From contig CAYMBR010000005.1 in assembly GCA_964388725.1 (NCBI GenBank), positions 3,681-67,680 on the forward strand: a stretch of 64,000 nucleotides of DNA, written 5' to 3'. Below, in pieces: positions 39,601 through 47,917 of the stretch (the stretch's first letter is position 1; the number at the start of each line of letters is the position of its first letter). The position numbers and the translations under genes were made by a program. Source of the stretch: an uncultured Sangeribacter sp. (GTDB lineage: Bacteria; Bacteroidota; Bacteroidia; Bacteroidales; Muribaculaceae). The notes beneath the pieces were generated by a model that worked only from the letters and a program-made list of their open reading frames with translations, was not told the DNA's origin and did no database searches.

Positions 39601-39687
39601 GTAAAGGAGTTTTTCAAAATTTTCAATAATGTACTCTTTTCTGATTTCCAGCCAAAAATTAGGCTGGGCCAATTTGTGGTTAGTCAT
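36682..39687 (-). CDS. Multidomain protein: uncharacterised N-terminal region + Schlafen/AlbA_2 domain + WYL(-WCX) domain
   Basis: AlbA_2: GVESDTLEFKSS, KTVCGFLNSTMGGDLLIGVRDNG, YIRTSGAT. WYL-like: EARNSKRRVLLKEYASRN..DREIEV, GYD...VRLFKSIRW, DIFGF. Start reassigned to MTNHK because TATTTTTG (-7) lies at 39704-39711. Confidence 0.85.
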   Translation of the reverse strand: MTNHKLAQPNFWLEIRKEYIIENFEKLLYYIRRYQYYKDSDKGEGEFLTTCRYLIDLAYELSEQSLTSSFVNAPKFKLANSETEIPDVLAYRIIIAALIASQKINQEEHTLLLRLVNLLVISHKMPQTDIIDNLVGVVANCVSKAPILTLGVKWDDIENPESFSPIRLLYSISQTKFDISKGGDCLFEGKGSVIFTKGTIHTAPMGKSDFLKESGNLNSYLSIGKNINVLLLKSDHKKTPETVEDVAEDMTFMTRAQSGIKTNVVESKRKYLAGAIIPVMITSSWGVKIVAESVNPEYDKLQGKVNINLVDSLKYADIFKVLPLLTPGTILMVEYTPDDREFAFTLRPAFNRFYQEYADQMRGEKMPGVYISDYSAGTQWLTEDGFVVNVMGNVTDENVVEAMENNIPLTIRINGSKEQFGNVLINGNIINDIDIYGMPEPIEGDLLSYQNECFMYIFEEYLKYCSEYAPETKEKKKIEEADEEGVKTVSNILMEHQTLLSDTMSRMACLQAALMLSIAAGDYDVSAYIRHELEYQIAVAKFVAGASPMSLNLSHGPNLNGIPEIEKHERIIEMIRNYKDPEIGHAEKNASDENIEDTVDGLIDASNRLLGKIDEREIFRIKYELAKVLDVDDQFKSSDNTTYYGVESDTLEFKSSAVCPPKNRLKGSEEYEPDTQIWSILKTVCGFLNSTMGGDLLIGVRDNGLAVGIHHDYNLLYDDRRIPEANADRYRTYLKNIIDNAFRAYKSGAEKTSVTTAYITYNIERNNEDLEILRIHVDSYRGDMVYFHPDSHRPEEIQRSYIRTSGATVPMSDVVRDQTLLKKYNLAGESEGVGMAAIYEARNSKRRVLLKEYASRNGVSDREIEVLQVFPESKCILGYDTQARDVRLFKSIRWKDAKILDKYCTQSSNAKKDLRPDIFGFVFDPSKTVFNVEVELTNYGALIFQEEYPGSENNISPSGKKDFPWLLTLHLNSLEGIARFVRGLPDECRFDPASEFGIFLR

Positions 39688-39861
39688 GATATCTATTTTT
39701 TTGCAAAAATACAAAAAAATCACGACATCATCAAGACAGATTCCATAAAAAAACGAGGAGGCTGATGCATCGAAAAATGCCATTGCTCTTCTTATTTGAA
39801 ATTTAAAGGCTTTATTTTTATGTTTTGCAACATATTCCTTGGAAAGATGAAATTTATTTAC

Positions 39862-39869
39862 TAACTTTG
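39862..39869 (+). promoter_or_regulatory. -7 element for the divergent TPR-like gene
   Basis: TAACTTTG, 48 nt upstream of the ATG. Confidence 0.6.
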
Positions 39870-39916
39870 AGGTCGATAGAACTAATGTAGACTTAACTTA
39901 AAACTGACAGAAACCC

Positions 39917-41149
39917 ATGGAGCAGCAACAGCTCGGCCAATTCATCTCCGATGGATTCGACACCGCCAAATATGGCAATGCCATTGACATCTACAAGGAG
40001 GTGCTTCCGCATCTCGATGCCAACGAAATTCCCCCGAAAAGCCATTACGCCTTAGGATGGATCATCTACTATGCCCTCCACCAGCAACCCGATCATGAGA
40101 TAGCCGCCCGCAAGCTGATGCTTGCCAACTATCTGAAACTAAGGGTGGCCAAACCCCACAAACTGCATTCGATGATACTGACCGAAGCGATGCGCCTCTA
40201 CCGCAATGCGAAGGATGTGGCTTTCAATGCAAGAAACAATCCCAGAGGTGAGACACCGGTGAATTTTTCGATTGTGAAATTTGCCGAACTTTGGGATCTC
40301 AACAATCTGCGACCCGGCGACTGGAACCGCAAGATCTATGAGGGGAAAGAAATGACATCGACTGCCGAGAAATTTATCACCCTTTATGTCGATGAATTGG
40401 AAAACACGCGGACAATACCATCTCAGTCATTTATGATGACGATCGACCGCGCCATGATGGAATACCGTGATTCCTACAATCTGATGATGCAAAGGGCCGC
40501 TGTCCATCAGTTGTCGGGAGAAAAGGAGCAAGCCAGGGGTCTTTTGCGGAATGCCCTGCTCTATGCCCCGGGCAAACCGTTTCTATGGAGCCGCCTCGCA
40601 TCTCTCTATTCGCCGGAGGAGGAATCGCGCAAGCACGTGGCGCTACTCTATAAGGCACTCCAGGCGCCGGGTCCGGAACAATTTAAAGGCAGAATCAGAC
40701 TATCGCTTGCCAATGCATTGATTTTAAAGGGCATGCACCATAATGCCCTGTGGGAACTGGAGAAAGTGAAGAAGACCTACGAAGCCAACGGATGGAATAT
40801 GCCGAAAGCCTATAAGTCAGCGATGTCAGAAATTCCAGAAGGGACTTTGGCAGAAGATCCGGAAGGTCTCTACAAGAGAATGGAACATATAGCCGACGAC
40901 GAGGTTTACTCTGTGCTTCCGGCTGTCAGAGTGACCAAAACATACCATAAGAATCCTGATCCAAATGCGCAGCAGACAGGTAAAGGCTATGGCAAACCAG
41001 CAGTGGCATGGAGGGTTACAGACGAATCCGGCACCAACTATTGGTTGCAGCCTCATCGGTTTGGGCTGCAGCCGGACCTGCCACTCGGAACAGCCCTCGA
41101 CATACGTCTGCACAATTCGCGCCCAGTAAAAGTAGATCTAGCAAAATAA
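39917..41149 (+). CDS. Helical/TPR-like cytoplasmic protein with a short C-terminal beta (OB-like) domain
   Basis: Helical repeats (ARGLLRNALLYAPGKPFLWSRLA), KPHKLHSMIL...WDLNNLRPGD segment, and a beta-rich tail (VAWRVTDESGTNYWL...LPLGTALDIRL). Confidence 0.7.
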   Translation: MEQQQLGQFISDGFDTAKYGNAIDIYKEVLPHLDANEIPPKSHYALGWIIYYALHQQPDHEIAARKLMLANYLKLRVAKPHKLHSMILTEAMRLYRNAKDVAFNARNNPRGETPVNFSIVKFAELWDLNNLRPGDWNRKIYEGKEMTSTAEKFITLYVDELENTRTIPSQSFMMTIDRAMMEYRDSYNLMMQRAAVHQLSGEKEQARGLLRNALLYAPGKPFLWSRLASLYSPEEESRKHVALLYKALQAPGPEQFKGRIRLSLANALILKGMHHNALWELEKVKKTYEANGWNMPKAYKSAMSEIPEGTLAEDPEGLYKRMEHIADDEVYSVLPAVRVTKTYHKNPDPNAQQTGKGYGKPAVAWRVTDESGTNYWLQPHRFGLQPDLPLGTALDIRLHNSRPVKVDLAK

Positions 41150-41219
41150 TGAAAGCATAAAACCTTTATCGGTAGCAATTTGTTGTATCAATGTATTAAT
41201 TTAAATTAAATTAACGTTT

Positions 41220-41915
41220 ATGAAAAAGTATTTAGCTGAATTTTTCGGCACAATGTTTCTGGTGCTTCTTGCATGCGGAAGTGCTGTGCTTGCAGGTCCG
41301 TCGATAGGCGGCCTTGGAATCGGACTCTGTTTCGGACTTGTCCTCGTGTGTCTATGCTATGCCATTGGCAATGTGTCGGGTTGCCACGTAAATCCCGCCG
41401 TATCATTTGCCATGCTGATTTCAGGCAAAATGTCGGGTAAGGATTTCTGCGGATATGTAGTGGCACAGCTTTGCGGAGCCACAGTAGGCGCAGCCTTCCT
41501 CTATTGGCTGACCCAGACCGGATGCTGTTTCAATTTCGGCGGAGTGACCGGTCCGAACAATTTGGCAACCAATGTGCTTCAACCGGGAGCCACATCCTGG
41601 ATGGCACTCCTTACAGAGGTATTGCTCACCATGTTCTTCCTCTTCATAATTCTTGCGGCCACCGACGAGAAGAAAGGATTCGGCAAATTCTCCGGTCTCG
41701 CCATCGGTCTTGGCCTCGGCCTCGTCAACATTGTTGGTATTCCAGTAGACAACTGCTCAGTGAATCCCGCACGCAGCTTTGGTCCGGCAGTTTTCTCACC
41801 AGAAGCATGGGGTGATTTCTGGATCATGGTGGTTGGTCCGCTCGTAGGCGCAGCCCTTGCAGTGCTCATTTATCGCGCAGCAGTCAACTGCGGCCACAAT
41901 TGCGATGCAGACTAA
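41220..41915 (+). CDS. aqpZ: MIP-family channel, aquaporin Z-like
   Basis: AEFFGT, SGCHVNPAVS and SVNPARSFGPA. Confidence 0.9.
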   Translation: MKKYLAEFFGTMFLVLLACGSAVLAGPSIGGLGIGLCFGLVLVCLCYAIGNVSGCHVNPAVSFAMLISGKMSGKDFCGYVVAQLCGATVGAAFLYWLTQTGCCFNFGGVTGPNNLATNVLQPGATSWMALLTEVLLTMFFLFIILAATDEKKGFGKFSGLAIGLGLGLVNIVGIPVDNCSVNPARSFGPAVFSPEAWGDFWIMVVGPLVGAALAVLIYRAAVNCGHNCDAD

Positions 41916-41932
41916 AATTTGACATCAGACAT

Positions 41933-41969
41933 AAAAATCCCGGCCACAAAATCTGCGGCCGGGATTTTT
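41933..41969. terminator. Bidirectional terminator
   Basis: AAAAATCCCGGCCAC ... GCGGCCGGGATTTTT. Confidence 0.85.
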
Positions 41970-41991
41970 CATTTTTTCGGTTTCAGGCGGG

Positions 41992-42222
41992 TTATTTACC
42001 AAAGAGGCTGCTAACCTTACCTTTGATTTCCTCAAAGACGCTTTCTTTTACTCCATCGCCATCGAGATCGCCAATGAGTCCATCACCTTTAACTTTTTCA
42101 ATAATTTCAGATAGAGAGAAATTCCCATCTCCCATACCCTTGATACTCTCAGTCACTTTGGAGACATCAAATTTGTCGCCAAATTTCGCAGTCAGCTGCG
42201 ACAGAATGTTCTGTATGTCCAT
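41992..42222 (-). CDS. Small hypothetical protein with a DxDGDG motif
   Basis: 76 aa, ATG after an AT-rich leader, GDLDGDGVKES, ends at the terminator. Confidence 0.7.
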   Translation of the reverse strand: MDIQNILSQLTAKFGDKFDVSKVTESIKGMGDGNFSLSEIIEKVKGDGLIGDLDGDGVKESVFEEIKGKVSSLFGK

Positions 42223-42296
42223 AGTATTAAAGTTTTTCTTTCGCTATGCGAAAGGGGTTTGAACTATAACGTCTGTATGGGTAAAGTGGTTAAGAT

Positions 42297-42395
42297 GCGC
42301 TTGGGACTCTTGATTGCGCTTGAGGACTCTTGATTGCGTTTGGGGACTCTTGATTGCGCTTGGGTACACTTGATTACACTTGGGGACTCTTGATT
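42297..42395. repeat. Five tandem 19-20-bp units (consensus GCGCTTGGGGACTCTTGATT)
   Basis: Units at 42297, 42316, 42336, 42356 and 42376 with no spacers; overlaps the lipoprotein stop codon. Confidence 0.92.
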
Positions 42396-42787
42396 ACGGA
42401 GTCGGGGGCAATCGAATCAGCGGCTATTGAGTCGACAGGGGCTGCCGGATGAAGAATCGACTGCATCTTCTCCTGGCGAGTCTTGACATAATTATCCATC
42501 AGTAAGGTGATAGTGTCGTTTTGGTCTTCCGACATAAGGAGGTCTGTATCTGGCGAAAAACTGAAATTGACCTTTACCAGACTATCCTCATATTCACTGC
42601 AAAGGCGTGCCCATGTCGCACTGTCGGGCGCAGCTGACACCTCTGCAATATAAGTTATTGTCAAAGACTTCATGGCTTCATAAAGTTCATTTGCCTCTTC
42701 CCTATCCTTGTCTTTTCCGCCGGATTCACAACTGGCTACACACGATGCCACCACAGCACCGAGCGCAATATAAAACAAACTTCTCAT
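42374..42787 (-). CDS. Hypothetical lipoprotein
   Basis: Lipobox-like VASC; overlaps the uvrA stop. Confidence 0.75.
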   Translation of the reverse strand: MRSLFYIALGAVVASCVASCESGGKDKDREEANELYEAMKSLTITYIAEVSAAPDSATWARLCSEYEDSLVKVNFSFSPDTDLLMSEDQNDTITLLMDNYVKTRQEKMQSILHPAAPVDSIAADSIAPDSVIKSPQV

Positions 42788-45618
42788 ATCTTTTCAAGTT
42801 TTGGCAGAAGGTATCTGCCGGTGTATGACTCCGTGCAATGCGCCACATCCTCAGGAGTGCCGGCAATGACAAGATTTCCACCTGCCTCTCCCCCTTCGGG
42901 ACCAATGTCGATGACCCAATCGGCACTTTTGATCACGTCCATATTGTGCTCAATGATAATCACAGTATGCCCTGCATCCACCAATCGGTTGAGAGATTTC
43001 AGCAATGTGGAGATGTCGTTGAAATGCAGACCTGTGGTTGGTTCGTCGAAGATAAACATTGTGTGTGGCTGCTTTTCCTGCGATATAAAATACGCAAGTT
43101 TTACTCGCTGGCTCTCACCACCCGAGAGGGAACTGCTGCTCTGTCCGAGTTTGACATAACCTAATCCCACCTCCTGAAGCGGTTGCAGTCGCTTGATGAT
43201 TTTTCTGACCTGAGAATCGGAGTCATATTCAGATAGGAAAGCGATGCAATCGTCGATGGTCATATCAAGGAAATCATATATATTCTTTCCATGGAATTCC
43301 ACATCAAGCACATCCTGCTTGAAACGTTTGCCGTGGCATTCCTCGCACTCCACTGTGATATCAGCCATAAACTGCATTGGGATGGTTATCGTGCCCTCAC
43401 CCTTACATTCTTCACATCTGCCACCTTCGGCATTGAATGAGAAGAAACCGGGGGTGAAACCCATCTGCTTTGCAAGTTGCTGCTCAGCAAAGAGTTTTCT
43501 GATTTCATCATACGCCTTCAGATATGTAGCGGGATTGGAGCGGGAGGATGTTCCTATCGGATTCTGGTCCACAAACTCTATCGCGCCGACCGACTGCACA
43601 TCGCCGCCAATCTTTCGGTGGGCTCCGGGAGTGTCGCACGGATCACCCATCAGGCGAACCATAGCCTTATAGAGTATCTCTCGCACAAGAGTCGATTTGC
43701 CACTTCCGCTGACACCCGTCACCACCGACATCACTCCAAGCGGGAATTTGACATCTATATTCTTAAGATTGTTTTCACAGGCACCAATCACTTCGACAAA
43801 CTTTTTCCATGGTCTGCTCAGTTGCGGCACAGGAATTGACCTTTTGCCCGTCAGATAGTCGAGGGTATAGGATTCCTTGTATTTTCTTTTTTTCAGGGCT
43901 TCAGCAAGATTGCCTTGATAAATAATTCTTCCGCCATTGCTTCCGGCATCAAGTCCTATATCCACAATCTCATCAGCCGCAAGCATTATGTCCTCATCAT
44001 GCTCCACGACTATAACCGTATTACCGATTCGCTGAAGGTTGCGCAACACTCCGACAAGTCGTTCTGTGTCTCTTGAGTGAAGTCCGATTGATGGTTCATC
44101 AAGAATATAGAGACTGCCCACCAACGAACTGCCAAGAGAGGTTGCAAGGTTTATTCGCTGACTCTCACCTCCGGAGAGAGAAGAGGAAAGCCGATCGAGT
44201 GTCAGATACCCAAGCCCGACCTTATTGAGGAAGTCAAGACGGCTGCGGATTTCTATCAGCAGGCGGCTTGAGATGGCCTCATCCTCCTTGCTGAATTTCA
44301 AATCATCGAAAAACGTCTGAAGTTTTGATATTGGCATCCGCACGATTTCGGTAATGCTCTTTCCGCCAACCTTGACATACTCCGCATCAGGACGCAGACG
44401 CGCTCCATGACAATCCGGGCATGTCGTCTTGCCGCGATAGCGGGCTTTCATCACCCGATATTGGATTTTGTATTGGTTTTCGTCAACCCATCTGAAGAAA
44501 CCATCAATTCCTTCCCACTCCCCTTTCCCCTTCCAGAGGATATCTTTCTCTTGCTGTGAGAGTTCCATGTAAGGCTTATGTATTGGGAAACCAAGTGAAG
44601 GGGCCAATTTAATCAGCCACTTTTTCCATTCGCTCATTTTCTCACCACGGAAACACATCACCGCATCCTGATATACGGATAAGGTTTTGTCAGGAACTAC
44701 GAGATCCTCACTTATGCCAAGGATTTTTCCAAACCCCTCGCAAGTCGGGCAAGCACCGTATGGATTGTTGAAATTAAACATGAGGTCCGACGGTTCACGA
44801 AACTCAATTCCATCAGCGGAAAACTGCCGCGAATATTCCTTTTCCTTCTGACCATCCTCACCCCATATCTTGACAATACAGCGGTCATGGCCCTCAAAAT
44901 ATGCAGTTTCGAGAGAGTCCGTAAGCCGCGACACCTCATCCTTTTCACTGCTTACGGCAAGACGGTCGATAAGAAGCCTGCATTTGAGTACTTCTTCTGT
45001 TGATATCCGGCCTTCTTCAAGCTCGGCGATTACATCGGATATGTTCAGGAAATTACCATCCTGTTCAAGACGGGAATATCCCTCCTTGCGATATATCTCA
45101 AGTTGGGTTTTAAGTTCGCGTCCGTCAGGCACAGAGAGTTGAATCAAGACTGCTATACGAGTGCCTTCCTTATTTGCAAGAATCTGGCGAACAATCTCTT
45201 CTATTGTCTCTCGCTTAACCTCCTCGCCTGTGACGGGTGAGAAAGTATGACCCGCCCTTGCAAAGAGAAGTCGCAGATAATCATAAATCTCAGTGGAAGT
45301 GCCTACTGTACTTCTGGGATTTCGGGTGTTTACCTTCTGTTCGATGGCTATGGCAGGGGGCAACCCCTTTATATAGTCACATTCCGGTTTTGCCATACGC
45401 CCGAGAAACTGACGGGCGTAGGCCGAAAGGCTCTCCACGTAGCGGCGTTGTCCTTCGGCATAAAGTGTGTCGAATGCGAGCGATGACTTGCCGCTTCCGC
45501 TCACACCTGTCATCACAATAAATTCACCCAAAGGGAGATTGAGGTCAACATTCTTAAGGTTGTTGACCCTCGCTCCCTTAATCTCAATATATCTTTCTTG
45601 CTTATTATCCTTTTTCAT
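42784..45618 (-). CDS. uvrA: Excinuclease ABC subunit A
   Basis: GVSGSGKSSLAFDTLYAEGQRRYVESLS, two LSGGESQR signatures and Zn fingers. Start at MKKDN. Confidence 0.97.
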   Translation of the reverse strand: MKKDNKQERYIEIKGARVNNLKNVDLNLPLGEFIVMTGVSGSGKSSLAFDTLYAEGQRRYVESLSAYARQFLGRMAKPECDYIKGLPPAIAIEQKVNTRNPRSTVGTSTEIYDYLRLLFARAGHTFSPVTGEEVKRETIEEIVRQILANKEGTRIAVLIQLSVPDGRELKTQLEIYRKEGYSRLEQDGNFLNISDVIAELEEGRISTEEVLKCRLLIDRLAVSSEKDEVSRLTDSLETAYFEGHDRCIVKIWGEDGQKEKEYSRQFSADGIEFREPSDLMFNFNNPYGACPTCEGFGKILGISEDLVVPDKTLSVYQDAVMCFRGEKMSEWKKWLIKLAPSLGFPIHKPYMELSQQEKDILWKGKGEWEGIDGFFRWVDENQYKIQYRVMKARYRGKTTCPDCHGARLRPDAEYVKVGGKSITEIVRMPISKLQTFFDDLKFSKEDEAISSRLLIEIRSRLDFLNKVGLGYLTLDRLSSSLSGGESQRINLATSLGSSLVGSLYILDEPSIGLHSRDTERLVGVLRNLQRIGNTVIVVEHDEDIMLAADEIVDIGLDAGSNGGRIIYQGNLAEALKKRKYKESYTLDYLTGKRSIPVPQLSRPWKKFVEVIGACENNLKNIDVKFPLGVMSVVTGVSGSGKSTLVREILYKAMVRLMGDPCDTPGAHRKIGGDVQSVGAIEFVDQNPIGTSSRSNPATYLKAYDEIRKLFAEQQLAKQMGFTPGFFSFNAEGGRCEECKGEGTITIPMQFMADITVECEECHGKRFKQDVLDVEFHGKNIYDFLDMTIDDCIAFLSEYDSDSQVRKIIKRLQPLQEVGLGYVKLGQSSSSLSGGESQRVKLAYFISQEKQPHTMFIFDEPTTGLHFNDISTLLKSLNRLVDAGHTVIIIEHNMDVIKSADWVIDIGPEGGEAGGNLVIAGTPEDVAHCTESYTGRYLLPKLEKI

Positions 45619-45682
45619 CTCTCCTATCTCAACAAAATTCACGCCAATTCCGCTTAAAAATCCTAAAAATATCTCAAGAATC

Positions 45683-45718
45683 AACGAAAACGCCGAAAAC
45701 GATGAAAACGATGAAAAC
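45683..45718. repeat. Four 9-bp units (consensus GATGAAAAC) directly after the hslR stop
   Basis: AACGAAAAC GCCGAAAAC GATGAAAAC GATGAAAAC. Confidence 0.8.
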
Positions 45719-46140
45719 TACTCAGGATCGTCGTCATCCTCCCAGTCGAGGAAGTAGGTGTCGGCGTAGGTGTCTTCCTTGAAACGTGACATCTCGCGGC
45801 CCTCACGTTTTGTGGGGCGTCCAAGACCCTTGCGGCGATCCACAAAACCTGAAATCTTCGTCATTTCAAGAAGGTCATACTGGCTCTGGGGTGTCAGATT
45901 TTCCAAATAATCAGGCACCAACTTTGCACCCAATCTGTTCTGGGTTGTGGCCTTCACGCGAAAAGTATATGTGATAGGAGGTTTTCTTACATCTATGATA
46001 TCACCTTCCTTGACAGGGCGCGATGGTTTCACGGGTGCTCCTCCCATCATCACACGCCCTTTCTTGCAAGCTTCAGTAGCTATGGTGCGGGTCTTAAACA
46101 CTCGCATTGCCCATAGCCATTTGTCGATTCTTACTTCCAC
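45718..46140 (-). CDS. hslR: Ribosome-associated heat shock protein Hsp15 (S4 domain)
   Basis: RIDKWLWAMRVFKTR, KPSRPVKEGD and GRPTKRE. Confidence 0.92.
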   Translation of the reverse strand: MEVRIDKWLWAMRVFKTRTIATEACKKGRVMMGGAPVKPSRPVKEGDIIDVRKPPITYTFRVKATTQNRLGAKLVPDYLENLTPQSQYDLLEMTKISGFVDRRKGLGRPTKREGREMSRFKEDTYADTYFLDWEDDDDPE

Positions 46141-46148
46141 TTTTTACG

Positions 46149-46179
46149 AATGCACAATGCATAATGCACAACGCACAAT
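46149..46179. repeat. Four 7-bp units (AATGCAC-like) upstream of hslR
   Basis: AATGCAC AATGCAT AATGCAC AACGCAC AAT. Confidence 0.8.
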
Positions 46180-46203
46180 AATTTGATTATTAAACAATAA
46201 CGG

Positions 46204-47181
46204 TTATTCTTCAATTGCAGAAGAACGACGCAGCAGCAACACCTGCTGTCCGTTGCTGCCGATGAATTCAATCTCGTCGGCACTTATACGTTTTGCATTG
46301 ACAGCCTCTTCGAGTGCCACCATCATTCTTGTCTCCCAACCGGAATTGGGGCAAGCCATCCGCGTCATACCGATCTTGGAGAAAGATATGGAATTGGGAG
46401 TCTGTATGTCGGTTTCCAGCTCTCCATTGATGATGTTGCAACCGGTGTTGCCATGCAAACGTTTTTCATCCACGTCGAGCGCAACTTTCATACCCTCAAT
46501 GTACACCTTTTCATCATCTATCGACACTACCTGCCACGTTCCGTCAAGGAAATGGAAATCGCGGTGCACCAATGTCATGACTACCTCTTTTTGCGAATTA
46601 TATAGGGTAAGTGTCATGTCGGTTTCTGTCACCTCTATGGCATAACTCACTGCTGAAGCCAACGCCTCTCCGACTTCACGGTCGGTAATGTTGGAGTCGG
46701 CACATAGCATCATGGTAGTAGCTATATTGCTGAATGATAGGCTACCTTTTGAAGCATTCACATCATATTGGGCATTAATGACGTTGCAGCCATTGTTGCC
46801 ATAAACCCTCTTTTCATCCGGCACAAACTTTAGAAAAGGGGTTGTCTCGCCAATGGCTTTCTTGCCGAGTACGGATTCGATGGCCCAGTCGCCGGAAAGG
46901 TTAAGATCCTCAACGATATTGGCACTTGAGTCAACTTTCCCCTTTGCATCAGCAGCATTCCCGGATGAATCATTTGCTTTGGCACTGTCTTTTCTAAAGG
47001 CACTTTTCACTTTGGCTGCCGCATTGCTCACAGACTCCTGACCGGACTGCACCCAACCAGTAAGTCCCTTTCCTTTGCCCGTGGATTCATCGGAGGACTT
47101 TGACGTGGAACAGCCTGCCAAACCCATTGACATAAGGATGAACGCAGAGGGAAGTATAATATATTTTTTGGTTATATTCAT
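46204..47181 (-). CDS. Lipoprotein with two META (HslJ) domains
   Basis: LAGC lipobox; GNNGCN...ATTMMLC and GNTGCN...GMTRMAC. -7 element at 47206-47213. Confidence 0.9.
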   Translation of the reverse strand: MNITKKYIILPSAFILMSMGLAGCSTSKSSDESTGKGKGLTGWVQSGQESVSNAAAKVKSAFRKDSAKANDSSGNAADAKGKVDSSANIVEDLNLSGDWAIESVLGKKAIGETTPFLKFVPDEKRVYGNNGCNVINAQYDVNASKGSLSFSNIATTMMLCADSNITDREVGEALASAVSYAIEVTETDMTLTLYNSQKEVVMTLVHRDFHFLDGTWQVVSIDDEKVYIEGMKVALDVDEKRLHGNTGCNIINGELETDIQTPNSISFSKIGMTRMACPNSGWETRMMVALEEAVNAKRISADEIEFIGSNGQQVLLLRRSSAIEE

Positions 47182-47252
47182 GTTCCTATCGGATTTGATT
47201 TTTTGCAAAATTACAAAAAATATTTCAAATCATCAAATTCCTATCCCAATAC

Positions 47253-47288
47253 GATGAAAACGATGACAACGACGACAACGATGAAAAC
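47253..47288. repeat. Four 9-bp units (GATGAAAAC family) after the ndh remnant
   Basis: GATGAAAAC GATGACAAC GACGACAAC GATGAAAAC. Confidence 0.8.
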
Positions 47289-47291
47289 TCC

Positions 47292-47617
47292 CTAATCCCC
47301 CAGTGGCGGCGAAGCGGGTATTTTGTGGGTCGCATCAGCAGACGCAGCGATGTGCTGTAGGTGCAATAGTTCCATATCCAGTTGAGCAAGACCGTTACCT
47401 TTGTCCTTACACCTAATATGCTTATAAGGTGGATTAGCATCCATAGCCACCATGCAAACCGTCCGACAAAGGTCATCTTGCCTACCTGGGCAATTGCTTT
47501 GTTTCGACCGATGGTAGCCATTGTGCCCTTGTCGTTGTATTTGAAAGGAGTCCGCATTTCTCCCGCATTGAGGTTCTTTGCGAGATTGCGGGCCTGCTGG
47601 ATTGCGGGTTGCGCCCA
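47292..47617 (-). pseudogene. ndh: C-terminal remnant of a type II NADH dehydrogenase
   Basis: AQPAIQQARNLAKN...PFKYNDKGTMATIGRNKA...GRFAWWLWMLIHL; both nucleotide-binding domains are absent. Confidence 0.88.
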
Positions 47618-47917
47618 TAAATAGTTTAAAAACTCAGCTGCCATCAATTTCCCATATATGGGGAAAGCGGTCCCTTTGGGGTCGCTCTCTCAATATGATT
47701 ATCCTCAGATTAGCTATTCTTGGATTAGCAGTAATGGAGATGTTAGTTCGGACATAGGACAAAACCTCATGCCCTTTATTTATCGTTATAATGACCTTCT
47801 ATTTCCAAAACAAGTACAAGAACCTTATCATCGTATATGTCATATATGATACGGTTTTTGGGGGGATTTTTCTTCCGATTGGGTAATTATGTCAAATTTT
47901 TTATGTAATTTTGCTCT

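Noticed and set aside
39688-39783. Longer N-termini in the ORF track (also for udk, uvrA, TonB receptor and META)
   Set aside because: The extensions run through -7 promoter elements or intergenic repeats; downstream ATGs fit better.
42297-42395. Possible CRISPR array
   Set aside because: Units are contiguous with no unique spacers, only 20 bp long, and there are no cas genes in the window.
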